From a bacterium (GTDB lineage: Bacteria > UBA8248), in assembly GCA_965261085.1 (NCBI GenBank), contig OZ253442.1:2272001-2336000 (forward strand): a stretch of DNA of 64,000 nt, given 5' to 3'. Made by a program: the position numbers and the translations under genes. The notes under the pieces were generated by a model, which saw only the letters and a list, made by a program, of their open reading frames with translations, had not been told where the DNA came from and did no database searches. Numbering within the stretch: position 1 is the stretch's first letter; the number at the start of each line of letters is the position of its first letter. Shown here in pieces: positions 38,950-48,402 of the stretch.

Positions 38950-41862
38950 CTAGCTCGGCGATGCGCCCGCGTTGGCCTCTTTTTCGGGCTTCGCCGTCTG
39001 GGGCGCGTCGTTCTTCGCGCTGGATTCGGCGGGCTTGGTGAAATTCTTCTCGATCATCAGATAATCGCGCATCGCGCGGATTTGCCGGTACGCGTCTCCG
39101 CCGAGGAGTTCTTCGTCGATGGGCTCGCCGTGGCTCTCTATCGTCCCCTTGCCGATGGTTTTGCCGAGATCGACAGGCGAGGAGATGGTCACCTTTTTCT
39201 CATCGAGACCCGTCACCTTGACGAGATGGGAATTGCCGCCGACCCGCAAGGTGGCCAATTGCTCTTCCGCCAATTCCGCTTCTTTGGTGGCTTCCAGTTC
39301 GTAGATGAACAGGTCGTCTTCCTTCTCTCCCTGGACACCCTTGACGATTTCGGCCTGTGAGCCCGCGCCCTCGAAGAAGTTGGGCATCTTGGTTCCCGGC
39401 TGGACTTTGCCCGGGTATATCAGCCAGTCGATTATCCAGTCGGGACGCAGGCGGTTTTTGGCGAACGAGAGGTTCGGGGCCGTCGGGGGTTCCTGCCCCG
39501 GCGGGGGCGGCCATGCGCCATGACAGGCGAGGCATTCCGCCTTGCCGAAGAGTTCTTTTCCGGCCTTGAAGTTCTCGGTGCTTACTTGTGTGGCGTCGAA
39601 ATGGAGGTAGGGGTTTAGTTTCGAGTCCAGCGCGGCGAAGTAATCCACGAGAGCGGCTGCATCTTCATTCGGCATCTGGAAGCTGGGCATCCGTACCTTG
39701 AGCCACGGCCTGAGCGTCACGACGTTGCGCAGGAAGCCGAAGAACCACTCGGGCTGCACCTTTCTTCCCTCGCCGTTCAGCAGCGGCGGACCGTTCGCCT
39801 TGTCTTCATAACGCCTGAGCAGGTCCCCTCCCCATTTCTCGATGACGTGGCAGCCGTTGCAGTTGTATTTCTCGATCATCCGGCGGCCGTTTTCGATTCG
39901 CTTGGCGCGGGTGTCGAGTACCTGGTGAACGCTGTGCGGCGCGCCGTGCGGCATCATGGAACGCAGCAGGGTGCGCATGGAGGAGACCTCCGCATCCGAG
40001 AATTCGAAGTTCGGCATCAGGAGCGTTTCGCGCTCCGTCTGAAAGAGTTTTGGGTTTTTCAGCTTGCCGAACGTCCATGACTCCCAGGTGTGGGGCATAT
40101 CCACCACGTTGCCGAATGAGAGTTCGAACGGCTTCTTGGCCGCGAAGCGCGTCAGGTCCGGTCCGGTTTTAGAGAGCGTCTCCGTACCGGGGATGACGTG
40201 GCAGCCGAAACAGCCGCGCGTCGCCACGAGTTTCTTGCCGCGCTCATAAGAGGCCGCATCGCCCAGTTTCCGGGGTTTCGGACGTTTGGACTCAGGCGTG
40301 AGACTGATGAGGTAAGACGTCACCGCGCTCGCTTCCTCGTCCGAGAGGCGAAGGCTCGGCATCTTGGTGTCGTGCCAATACGCTTTTGGATTTTTCAGCC
40401 AGCGGAACAACCAGTCGGGCTGAATTTTCGCGCCGATGCTCTGGAGAGCCGGTGCGAAATCGCGGTTGCGATACACGATGGGCCTGCCGTTCACGCCCTC
40501 GAGAGGTGGACCGAGTTCCAGGTCTTTTTCGTTGCGGATGTGACAACCCATACAGCCGACGGACTCAAAAATGGACTTTCCTTTTTGAATCTGCGCGGCG
40601 TCGTCGAGATTCGGAATTTTGGCCGATTCCACTTTCCGCGGGCCTTGCCGCCATACGTATGTGGAGATATCGAGTGCTTCTTCTTCCGTCAGGCTGAAAT
40701 AGGGCATGCGGGTGCGCGGGTTGTAGTCTTTCGGTTTCTTGATCCAGGAAACGAGCCAGGCGGGCGCCACTTTCTCCTGAATTCTCGAGAGGTCCGGCCC
40801 CACCTTGCGCAAGCCTTCCGTGCCCGGCAGGGTGTGGCAGCCGTTACATCCCAACTCACGGACAAGGGAGATTCCGCGTGAGATTTTCGGCGCTTCCGGG
40901 ATGTTGAATATCTCTGTGTGGCAACTTCTGCACTTGGTTTCCACTTCGCTGCCGTGCAGAAGGGGATCTTCCCAGAATTGCACGTGGCCGTGGGCTTTAT
41001 CCACGCTGGTGACGGCCGTCCCCTGTCCCCCGTGGCAAAGCGTGCAGCCGACCTTGTTGAATTCATGCTTCGAGAGGTAGAGGCGTCTTTGGGGGTGTGT
41101 GCGGAATGGTTGCGGCGCATTCTCGAAGCCCGCCCTGTTGATGCCCAGGTGACAGGTCTGGCACCGCTCCACCTTCATTACAGGCTCGTTGAAGTTGTTG
41201 CGCTCGTATTCGCGCAGGACGAGCTGGCTGATTTCATAGGGACGGCGGGCGATGCCGTCGAGGCGTCGTTCCTGGAAGGAAATGTCACCCGTCACTTTTA
41301 GTCTCGTCGCCTCGAGCGTCGTGAGTTCCTTTTCCTTGGCCTCAATCTTGGCCTTTATCGCGTCCCTGGCGGCTTCCGCCTTCGCCGCTATGGGTGTTAT
41401 CTCATCGAGCAGGGCCTTGGCTTCATCGACTTCTTTTTGCTCGGTCTGGTTGTCGTGCCCTTCCCGAATGGCTTCCTGGAGAAAGAAGTAGGACTGATCG
41501 TAAAGAGCTTTTCGAATGCCCATCTCCTGCACTTTCTCGAAAGTGTCGAGTTCGCTATTCGCGAGTTCTACCTTGAGGTTTTTCAGTTCTTCGTCGCCGG
41601 CGAAAATTAGTCGCTGTGCGGCGATCTTTTTATCGAGTTCAGAAACCTTGGACCCGATTTTTTTCCTGAGGCCGGCGAGTTCTTTCTCTACCTGGGCTTT
41701 TTCATAGACGTTGAACTCGTTTTGGTATTTTTTCCATGGTCTGCGCGTGAACGCTTCGTCCCATACGGTCCAAAACGTCACCGCGACCATGATGAGCCCT
41801 AGAATAAAAAATGGAATAGGACTGGTTTTCTCTTCCGGAGGCTTGAAGTCTCGACCTTGCAT
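38950..41862 (-). CDS. Membrane-anchored octaheme c-type cytochrome
   Basis: N-terminal TM helix then RPWKKYQ and a coiled coil; eight CxxCH motifs (CQTCH, CTLCH, CRSCH, CNGCH, CMGCH, CFGCH, CNGCH, CLACH); repeated GPDL...W..NP...TRMP class I cytochrome c modules. Track start is 41883. Confidence 0.9.
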   Translation of the reverse strand: MQGRDFKPPEEKTSPIPFFILGLIMVAVTFWTVWDEAFTRRPWKKYQNEFNVYEKAQVEKELAGLRKKIGSKVSELDKKIAAQRLIFAGDEELKNLKVELANSELDTFEKVQEMGIRKALYDQSYFFLQEAIREGHDNQTEQKEVDEAKALLDEITPIAAKAEAARDAIKAKIEAKEKELTTLEATRLKVTGDISFQERRLDGIARRPYEISQLVLREYERNNFNEPVMKVERCQTCHLGINRAGFENAPQPFRTHPQRRLYLSKHEFNKVGCTLCHGGQGTAVTSVDKAHGHVQFWEDPLLHGSEVETKCRSCHTEIFNIPEAPKISRGISLVRELGCNGCHTLPGTEGLRKVGPDLSRIQEKVAPAWLVSWIKKPKDYNPRTRMPYFSLTEEEALDISTYVWRQGPRKVESAKIPNLDDAAQIQKGKSIFESVGCMGCHIRNEKDLELGPPLEGVNGRPIVYRNRDFAPALQSIGAKIQPDWLFRWLKNPKAYWHDTKMPSLRLSDEEASAVTSYLISLTPESKRPKPRKLGDAASYERGKKLVATRGCFGCHVIPGTETLSKTGPDLTRFAAKKPFELSFGNVVDMPHTWESWTFGKLKNPKLFQTERETLLMPNFEFSDAEVSSMRTLLRSMMPHGAPHSVHQVLDTRAKRIENGRRMIEKYNCNGCHVIEKWGGDLLRRYEDKANGPPLLNGEGRKVQPEWFFGFLRNVVTLRPWLKVRMPSFQMPNEDAAALVDYFAALDSKLNPYLHFDATQVSTENFKAGKELFGKAECLACHGAWPPPPGQEPPTAPNLSFAKNRLRPDWIIDWLIYPGKVQPGTKMPNFFEGAGSQAEIVKGVQGEKEDDLFIYELEATKEAELAEEQLATLRVGGNSHLVKVTGLDEKKVTISSPVDLGKTIGKGTIESHGEPIDEELLGGDAYRQIRAMRDYLMIEKNFTKPAESSAKNDAPQTAKPEKEANAGASPS

Positions 41863-42089
41863 TGTGAAAAAACGCTCCCTCACACCGGATTTACTGAGCG
41901 GAAATTGTTGGTTTCCTCGCTAAAATCCGGGTGATTATAGGTACGGGCAGGGCGGGCGTCAACCGCAGAGCGGATAGTTTTGACTTAGCGGAATTCCGCC
42001 TGAATACGGGGAGAAGGTGCTGAAAATATAGGTGGTTTGCGAAGAAAATTGCGTTCGGCTCATACCCCGCGTCCACCTTGTCCTCGAGA

Positions 42090-45000
42090 CTATTCGTTCT
42101 GGCTTCTAATGATGTTGGCGAGTTGGCCGATAATGGCGATAGAGATGTTCGGATGATCGTGGATCAGTTCGAGAAGAGGTTCTTTCTCGATGCCCAGCAA
42201 AGAAGTGTCCTTACTCGCACGCGCGCCGGCGCTTCTGCCCTCATCGCCGAAGAGCGCGATTTCGCCGAACGAGGTCGGGGGGCCTAGCGTGGCCAGAATC
42301 TTCGGTTCTCCATTCTCCTGATTGAGGATGATTTCAATTTCCCCCTCGACGATGACGTAGAGATAATCGCAAGGGTCTCCCTGCTCGAAAAGAACCTTTC
42401 CCGCCTCTATCTGGATTTCCCTGGAAATGTTGCTGAGTATTTTCAGTTCATCCGCGCTCATCGTCTCGAACATGTTGACGCCTTTCAAAAACAGGGCTTT
42501 TTCGATGGTCGAGAGCATGAATTTCTCCTGTCCGGATAAATTTTCGCCAACTACTCCATATTGGGTGCGCTCGCGGCGCACCTGTATGCGCACCAATTGA
42601 TTCTCGTCATTCTCCATGGTTCTCAAAAACGTCACAACGTCGTTTTCATCTTTCCCGATAATTCTCAAGGCGGCAACCGCGGCCTCACGGATATACGGGT
42701 CGCCCTCAGAGGCCCGCGACTGGAATTGCGCGCGCCACTCGGCGGTTGAGCCATCCGCTTCGCTTGCGAGATGTTTTCCCGCCGCGTCGAGGGCGATGGC
42801 CTGGAGCCATGTATTCTCTGAATTCAGGTAGGTCGTCAGCACGTCGTCAATCGATTTTTCGGGTATTTCCCATAGTTTCCTGCCCTCGGAAACCATGTCG
42901 GCGGTCGAGCGGCCCAGGAGCAGGGGCTCGAGCGCCAGAATCAGGAGCCTCGTATTGCCCGCCGAGGAGAAATTCGAGAGCGTCTCGATGGCGATCGCTC
43001 TCGACGAAGAGCCTCCTCGGGCGAGGGATTCCGCCACGGTGTCCACCGTTTTCTCGTCCCCGATCACCCCCAGCAACTCGAGCAGGACCAGTTGCCTTTC
43101 CGCGACGACGTCTTCGAGCGCTTTTCTCAACATCGTGAAGGCGGATGCGTTCTCCCGGCTTTCGATGACGTGGAGGTGGTTGATGACGTCGTAGACTTCC
43201 TTCAAATGCTCCACGGCGAATGCGGCGAGGGAATCGACGATTTCCTGCGCGCTCATCTCGCGGGAGCCGTTTTTAGCACTCTTGAACAAGAACGGAACGA
43301 CGAACGAAATCAACCCCGAGCCTTCGAGAGAGAGAGTTCCTTTTCGTTTCATGTTTTTCAGCGATTCGACGGCCTGCCTTCTGACCAGAGAATCGACGTC
43401 CGCGAGAGCGCCCAGGGTGCGCTCGAAATTCTCCCGCGAGCCTATATTGCCCAGTTGCCTGACGCCTCTGCGCCTGATGGCCGCGCTCTCATCCGAGGTG
43501 GTGACCCGGATGACTTCCGCCATCTTCTCCTCATCGACCCCCTGGTTCATGGCCAGAACTTCTATCGCCTCGAGCGCGGCTTCGCGGACTTTCTCCTCGT
43601 TCTGATACAGATAGGGAATCAATCGTTTGATGAACCGCGGGTTCTGAAGCTCTCCCATGCACCGCAGGGCGCAGACCCTGGCCGCCGCGTCTTCTTCGTT
43701 CAGCATCCGGTGCAGCGTTTGCAGGCCGTTGGCGAGCCAGAACAGATCGTCGGAGCGAACGAGCAACTCGACGGCGCGCGCCCTGACTTCGGGTGAATCG
43801 CTCTCCAGGTTTTCATGCACTAACTCTGCCGTCTCATCGGTAAGTCCGATGGATTCCGCCGCATCCATGGCGGCGCACCGAAGGACGGGCTCCTCGCAGG
43901 TGAGATATTCCTCCAGCAGGGGCCGCATTTTCTCGCCCTCTTCGGCCCCGGGAACCTTGGCGAGAATTTTCAGCAACTCGGCCGCGGCATGGCCTTTCCG
44001 CCGGGAGATTTCTCCGAGAATAATCGGGAAGGTCTCGCTTCTGCCGCTTTCCGCCATCATCTGTGCCGTGAAGACGCAAAGGTCGTCATCCCCCTCGTGG
44101 ATGTTTTTTCTGAGTATCGCCATGCTCTCATCGTCAACCGGGCCGAACCCCTCCTTGGCGTAGCGGAACAGCCCTAGGTTTCTCTCCTCGAGCATCCTGC
44201 GCAGGGCGGCGCCGTATTCATGCCGTACGAAGAAGCCGGTGGCCAGATAGGCGAAGGCGATGAACAAGGAGATGAGGGCCACCCAGCCGGGGCTCAAGGG
44301 GAAAAGAGCGAGGCCGGTGGGCTTGATGATGAGTAGTGTGACGCCGCTGACGATGCTGGCCACGGCGACCACCTGACCTGAGACGAACGCGCCGACGCGC
44401 GCGCGGACCGAGGGGGAGACGGCGTTGTAGAGCAAGGCGTTGATGGCGTTTCGAATCGATTCTTGCAGGTTCTTGTTGTTGAAGCGCAAGAAGACGGCGG
44501 AATAGAAGCCGGGTGAAATCGCCATGCCGGTAAGGCTGATGATGGTGGTGAGCGGATAAAGGAGGTTCGCCGTGCCCAGGCCGAGGCGTTTGATGATGCG
44601 CGGGGTGATGAACGTCTGGACGAGCAGGGAGAAGGCGCTCCCGATGGCGGTGAAATATCCGAGGAACGAGGCGAGCTGCGCGCGATCGGAAAAGACTTCA
44701 CGAAAGATGAGGCTGTATTGAAAATCCTGAAAACTCCTGAGGATCACCACGATGAAGCTGAACAGGGCGAACGCGCAGACGTATCTGTTCGTCCTCATGA
44801 GCGCGAGGTTGCCTACCCCTGGGGCCGCCTTGGTCGTTTTACGTTTTTTGGGACGCGCATCTTCGATGATGTGGTCCCGGAGCCGCCATTCGGCGTATTG
44901 CACCACCCCGATGCTGATGACGATGGCTCCAATCCATACATAGAGCAGATTCGAGACGCTCCCCAGGACGGGTATGAGCAGCGGAATGGCCAGGCCGCCG

Positions 45001-45497
45001 AGGATGCCGCCGTAGCGCCCCCCGGTCAGGATGATCGGAACGAGCCGCTTGGATTGCAAGACGTCGAGGTACTGGCCGTAGAGGGCGCGGAAGTTGTTCG
45101 GCAGCATGTTCGTGAACATGACGAACAGGGTGTGGAGGAGCGGGAATGCGATCGGCATCGCGTAGGCGCGGAAATCGGCGAAGATGAGCAGCTTGATGCC
45201 GAATACGAGCGCGATGAAAAAAATCAGGACAGTCTTGAACATCGCCGGAATCGAGAGTTTTTCGGTCAGCGAGGAGTAGAACGTGCTGATGAAGATGATC
45301 ATCAAGGCGTTGAATATGTACATATACGGGAGAAAGCCCGGGCCGACTTCTGAGAGGAACAACGCTTCGGATACGGTGAGGCCGATGGAGAACTGAACCC
45401 CGATGAGGAAATAGAAGAAGAAGAACACCGAGAAGACGAGCAGTTCCTCTTCCTGGATGTCGAATGCTTTTTTGAGGAATTTCGCCATTTCGATCAT
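42090..45497 (-). CDS. NTT/TLC-like MFS transporter fused to HEAT repeats and a cNMP-binding domain
   Basis: About 12 TM N-terminal domain (ALFLSEVG, QSKRLVP, RARV), HEAT repeats (PEVRARA, EKVREAAL, SLVRRQA), C-terminal FGEIALFGDEGRSAGA phosphate-binding cassette. Confidence 0.82.
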   Translation of the reverse strand: MIEMAKFLKKAFDIQEEELLVFSVFFFFYFLIGVQFSIGLTVSEALFLSEVGPGFLPYMYIFNALMIIFISTFYSSLTEKLSIPAMFKTVLIFFIALVFGIKLLIFADFRAYAMPIAFPLLHTLFVMFTNMLPNNFRALYGQYLDVLQSKRLVPIILTGGRYGGILGGLAIPLLIPVLGSVSNLLYVWIGAIVISIGVVQYAEWRLRDHIIEDARPKKRKTTKAAPGVGNLALMRTNRYVCAFALFSFIVVILRSFQDFQYSLIFREVFSDRAQLASFLGYFTAIGSAFSLLVQTFITPRIIKRLGLGTANLLYPLTTIISLTGMAISPGFYSAVFLRFNNKNLQESIRNAINALLYNAVSPSVRARVGAFVSGQVVAVASIVSGVTLLIIKPTGLALFPLSPGWVALISLFIAFAYLATGFFVRHEYGAALRRMLEERNLGLFRYAKEGFGPVDDESMAILRKNIHEGDDDLCVFTAQMMAESGRSETFPIILGEISRRKGHAAAELLKILAKVPGAEEGEKMRPLLEEYLTCEEPVLRCAAMDAAESIGLTDETAELVHENLESDSPEVRARAVELLVRSDDLFWLANGLQTLHRMLNEEDAAARVCALRCMGELQNPRFIKRLIPYLYQNEEKVREAALEAIEVLAMNQGVDEEKMAEVIRVTTSDESAAIRRRGVRQLGNIGSRENFERTLGALADVDSLVRRQAVESLKNMKRKGTLSLEGSGLISFVVPFLFKSAKNGSREMSAQEIVDSLAAFAVEHLKEVYDVINHLHVIESRENASAFTMLRKALEDVVAERQLVLLELLGVIGDEKTVDTVAESLARGGSSSRAIAIETLSNFSSAGNTRLLILALEPLLLGRSTADMVSEGRKLWEIPEKSIDDVLTTYLNSENTWLQAIALDAAGKHLASEADGSTAEWRAQFQSRASEGDPYIREAAVAALRIIGKDENDVVTFLRTMENDENQLVRIQVRRERTQYGVVGENLSGQEKFMLSTIEKALFLKGVNMFETMSADELKILSNISREIQIEAGKVLFEQGDPCDYLYVIVEGEIEIILNQENGEPKILATLGPPTSFGEIALFGDEGRSAGARASKDTSLLGIEKEPLLELIHDHPNISIAIIGQLANIIRSQNE

Positions 45498-45586
45498 TTC
45501 TGGAGCGGTGGATGAGGATCCTTCGCGCGAATCCCGCCCCTTGGGATTCCTGGAACGCAGGCGATGAGGAACGGGTTGATTCTAAC

Positions 45587-47266
45587 TTAGACTTTTTGAG
45601 ATTTCCATGAGTAGAACGACAAGGCGTCCTCCGTCCACTGCGCGCAGTTTTCGTAAAATCTTCCCCAGCGGCTGTTTGCGCATTGGGCGCGAACGGGGTC
45701 GGCGTTGCCCTCGGCGATCAGGCCGTTCATTGGCGAGAGGTCGAATTCGGCCCGAACCGGAACTCTGCCGTGCTCACAGGCGCCGACGAGAGACAAAAAG
45801 CGCGCGAACGCATCGAAAGCGCCGTGAATCTTCTCGCACAATCGCTCCGCACCTCCCGCGTATGCGACCAGGGCGGGAACCAAAGGCGCGTAGCGGTTCA
45901 GTTCCATGCCCCCCTCCGTGCGGTTCGTGATGCTGTCCACACCGACGACACCGATGGAATCATCCGAAAATTCCACCGGGAACAGCCTGGCGTAGAGCGT
46001 TTCCACGACCGGCCCCTCGCGGCTGAGCCTCAGGTGAACGCGAACGCTGAACAGGCCGAAATCGATCCAGTTGCATATCAACGGGAGGTAGCGCGCGTCG
46101 AATGCCTGCTCGTAGTTCTCGATGGCGCTTGCCAGAAGGCGAATCGAATCCTCACGGGATAGGGATGATTCGCGAAGTTGCGATTCGAGTCTGGGCGTGC
46201 AGTTTCTGAGCATTTGTCCCAAACCGTTCGGTGGGGCGTCGCCTCCCACCCTTTGGGTCTTGATGTAGGCTTTCGAGGTAGCCGGGCTGGCCTGAAAGCG
46301 ATGAACGAGCCAGTCCATCGCCCGGAGGTGATTGGGGTTTTCCGCGTCAAGAGACAAGGGCAGGGGGGTCGCACTGTCCGCCGCGACGCCGAGTTTGCTT
46401 AAATCCGGAAGCCCGAATCCGTTGGGGTAGACGTCCAGCCGAAAACAGCCGCGTCCGCCGCCGCCTTCTTGCGGTTTGATGAAGAAAGTCGTGGCGTCCC
46501 ATTTTCTGGACAAGGCCGAGGCCCTGTCCAGAATGGCGGTGGCGGTGTCCGCAGGTCTTCCTCCGTTTAATTCCACCGCTTCATAGCCGGCTGTCAGGTG
46601 ACGCCCGCGACCGTCCGTTTGGGAGTTTCCCGTGTCCGCGCCGTTTCCGTTCAGGAGTTCATAAGTGGTTTTCTTGTTCGACAGCGGCCCGCCGGGGGCG
46701 GTGAGAGGCCCCGGCGCCACGACGATTCCCCGCGATTCGAGAACCTTGGCCAAGGTTGCGTCGTAAAGACTTTTTTGGGCGGTCTGACTGATGACGAGCA
46801 GTTCTTTCGGCGCCTTGGCGGCGCGCGCCAAGAGTTCTTCTCGCCGATTCAGGACCCTGACGGGGATGGACAACCCCAGTTGCTTCAGATGCGCCCGCAT
46901 CACCCGGGCGGTTTCCATGGTGAGGGGCAGTCGGCTCGGGGAGCCGTCCAGCAAAAGAATTTCTCCCGGACGCCGAATGGGTGATGCGTCTTCCGTGATG
47001 CGCAAATCTGCGAATCGGGGTTCGCGCGACGCCCAGTGGTTCAAGTTCTCGATCAGGGTGTCATTCAGATCGCCGAGGTCTGAGTCGAATTCCTGGCTGA
47101 CTCGGTATAAATCCCAGACGCCGCCGCTCGCATCGGGCGTGAGATTATACAGAGAAGGTTCTCGCGCGATGAGAGGATGGCTGGATGTCTTATGTGGGGC
47201 CAAGGTTTTGCTCTTTATGTCTAAAACACCGACTTGCGCTGGTGCATGAAGTGTTTGACCGCCCAA
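45587..47266 (-). CDS. Divergent ATP-grasp-fold protein of unknown function
   Basis: LSNKKTTY, FFIKPQEGGGGRG, AEFDL...IAEGN resemble ATP-grasp motifs. Start uncertain (overlaps the upstream gene). Confidence 0.6.
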   Translation of the reverse strand: MGGQTLHAPAQVGVLDIKSKTLAPHKTSSHPLIAREPSLYNLTPDASGGVWDLYRVSQEFDSDLGDLNDTLIENLNHWASREPRFADLRITEDASPIRRPGEILLLDGSPSRLPLTMETARVMRAHLKQLGLSIPVRVLNRREELLARAAKAPKELLVISQTAQKSLYDATLAKVLESRGIVVAPGPLTAPGGPLSNKKTTYELLNGNGADTGNSQTDGRGRHLTAGYEAVELNGGRPADTATAILDRASALSRKWDATTFFIKPQEGGGGRGCFRLDVYPNGFGLPDLSKLGVAADSATPLPLSLDAENPNHLRAMDWLVHRFQASPATSKAYIKTQRVGGDAPPNGLGQMLRNCTPRLESQLRESSLSREDSIRLLASAIENYEQAFDARYLPLICNWIDFGLFSVRVHLRLSREGPVVETLYARLFPVEFSDDSIGVVGVDSITNRTEGGMELNRYAPLVPALVAYAGGAERLCEKIHGAFDAFARFLSLVGACEHGRVPVRAEFDLSPMNGLIAEGNADPVRAQCANSRWGRFYENCAQWTEDALSFYSWKSQKV

Positions 47267-48396
47267 TCCGCAATGGCGCCGCCCACGGCCCTATCGGCCG
47301 AGAGGGAGGAGGGGTTCGAAGCGATGCAACTGAGGGCGCGTATCCCCGTCATGCGGTACGCTTCCTCACGCGCGTGTTCTTCATTGGCGAGCTTTCCGGA
47401 AATGAGCATGTTTTCCTCCTCCACCTCCAGATGGCTTCGGATCCAATGAACGATGAGCGTTGATTCCAGCGTATCACATGCGCAGATAATCAGCCCTCTG
47501 CGCGCGAGCCAGTTTTTCACCCAGGGGTCGCTCGCTACGTGAAGGCTGGCGTCCGAGGAGGGAGAATCCGCCAATTCCGCAATAACGATTTCCGCCTTCG
47601 CGCAGGCGTGGCGAAGCAGATTCTGGGCGCATCGCCTGACTCTGCCGCTTGAGACGCCGCAAGTGGAGGATAGTCCCGCATCGACGAAATCCCAGCCGAG
47701 TCTCGTGGAGTCGAAAAACCCGAGAGGTCTTCCGTAATTCACCTGCATGAGATCCCGCATGCGTCCCGTTCCGGTCAATTTCACGTATGAGGCGCGGATG
47801 CCCGAGGAGTGCAGGGCGGAGGCGAGCGAAGAGGCGCAGGTTGTTTTACCCACGTCCATCTCGGAGCCGGTCACCAGGATGATGGGAGCGCAGGGAATGC
47901 CTTCTTCATCGACGGGGCACCGGGTATCGGGGATGACGGGAAGATGAGAAAGGCGGGCGGGTTCGCCTCGTAGCGGGATGCTCCCCTTCACTTCTATATT
48001 CACGCACGGCGTTTCAGGGTTCGTACGAGTCCCGCAGACGCCGCCGACGTTCAACAGGTCGAGTATCACCCCGGGCTCCGGTGGAGAGTCCGGTTCACGG
48101 CCCGATACGCTGCGGTTCGCATAGCGCCCGCCGAGTGTTACGACCAGATTCATTTTTTCGCGCAATTTCGTTTCACTCGTCTTCCACGCGTCCAGCGTTC
48201 CCTGGAGGGCTTCGAGTGTCTCCAGACGATCGATGGGAGCATTCTTAGGTGCGGCGACGACTTCGCCCAGGACGATTCCGTTAGATGGAACGGGCCGGGA
48301 GTCAGGCGTGAAATCCGCCTGAAACGCATACGGACTCTCAGGGGAGAGGAACATGCCTCGGGCGGTGGATGCGAAGAAATCTACTTTCAATTTCAC
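47221..48396 (-). CDS. DUF1611-like P-loop protein (DgcN/dethiobiotin-synthetase-like superfamily)
   Basis: TLGGRYA, VTGSEMDVGKTT, YVKLTGTG, DFVDAGLSST, IAELAD, ISGKL. Confidence 0.7.
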   Translation of the reverse strand: MKLKVDFFASTARGMFLSPESPYAFQADFTPDSRPVPSNGIVLGEVVAAPKNAPIDRLETLEALQGTLDAWKTSETKLREKMNLVVTLGGRYANRSVSGREPDSPPEPGVILDLLNVGGVCGTRTNPETPCVNIEVKGSIPLRGEPARLSHLPVIPDTRCPVDEEGIPCAPIILVTGSEMDVGKTTCASSLASALHSSGIRASYVKLTGTGRMRDLMQVNYGRPLGFFDSTRLGWDFVDAGLSSTCGVSSGRVRRCAQNLLRHACAKAEIVIAELADSPSSDASLHVASDPWVKNWLARRGLIICACDTLESTLIVHWIRSHLEVEEENMLISGKLANEEHAREEAYRMTGIRALSCIASNPSSLSADRAVGGAIADWAVKHFMHQRKSVF

Positions 48397-48402
48397 TATG
48401 TC

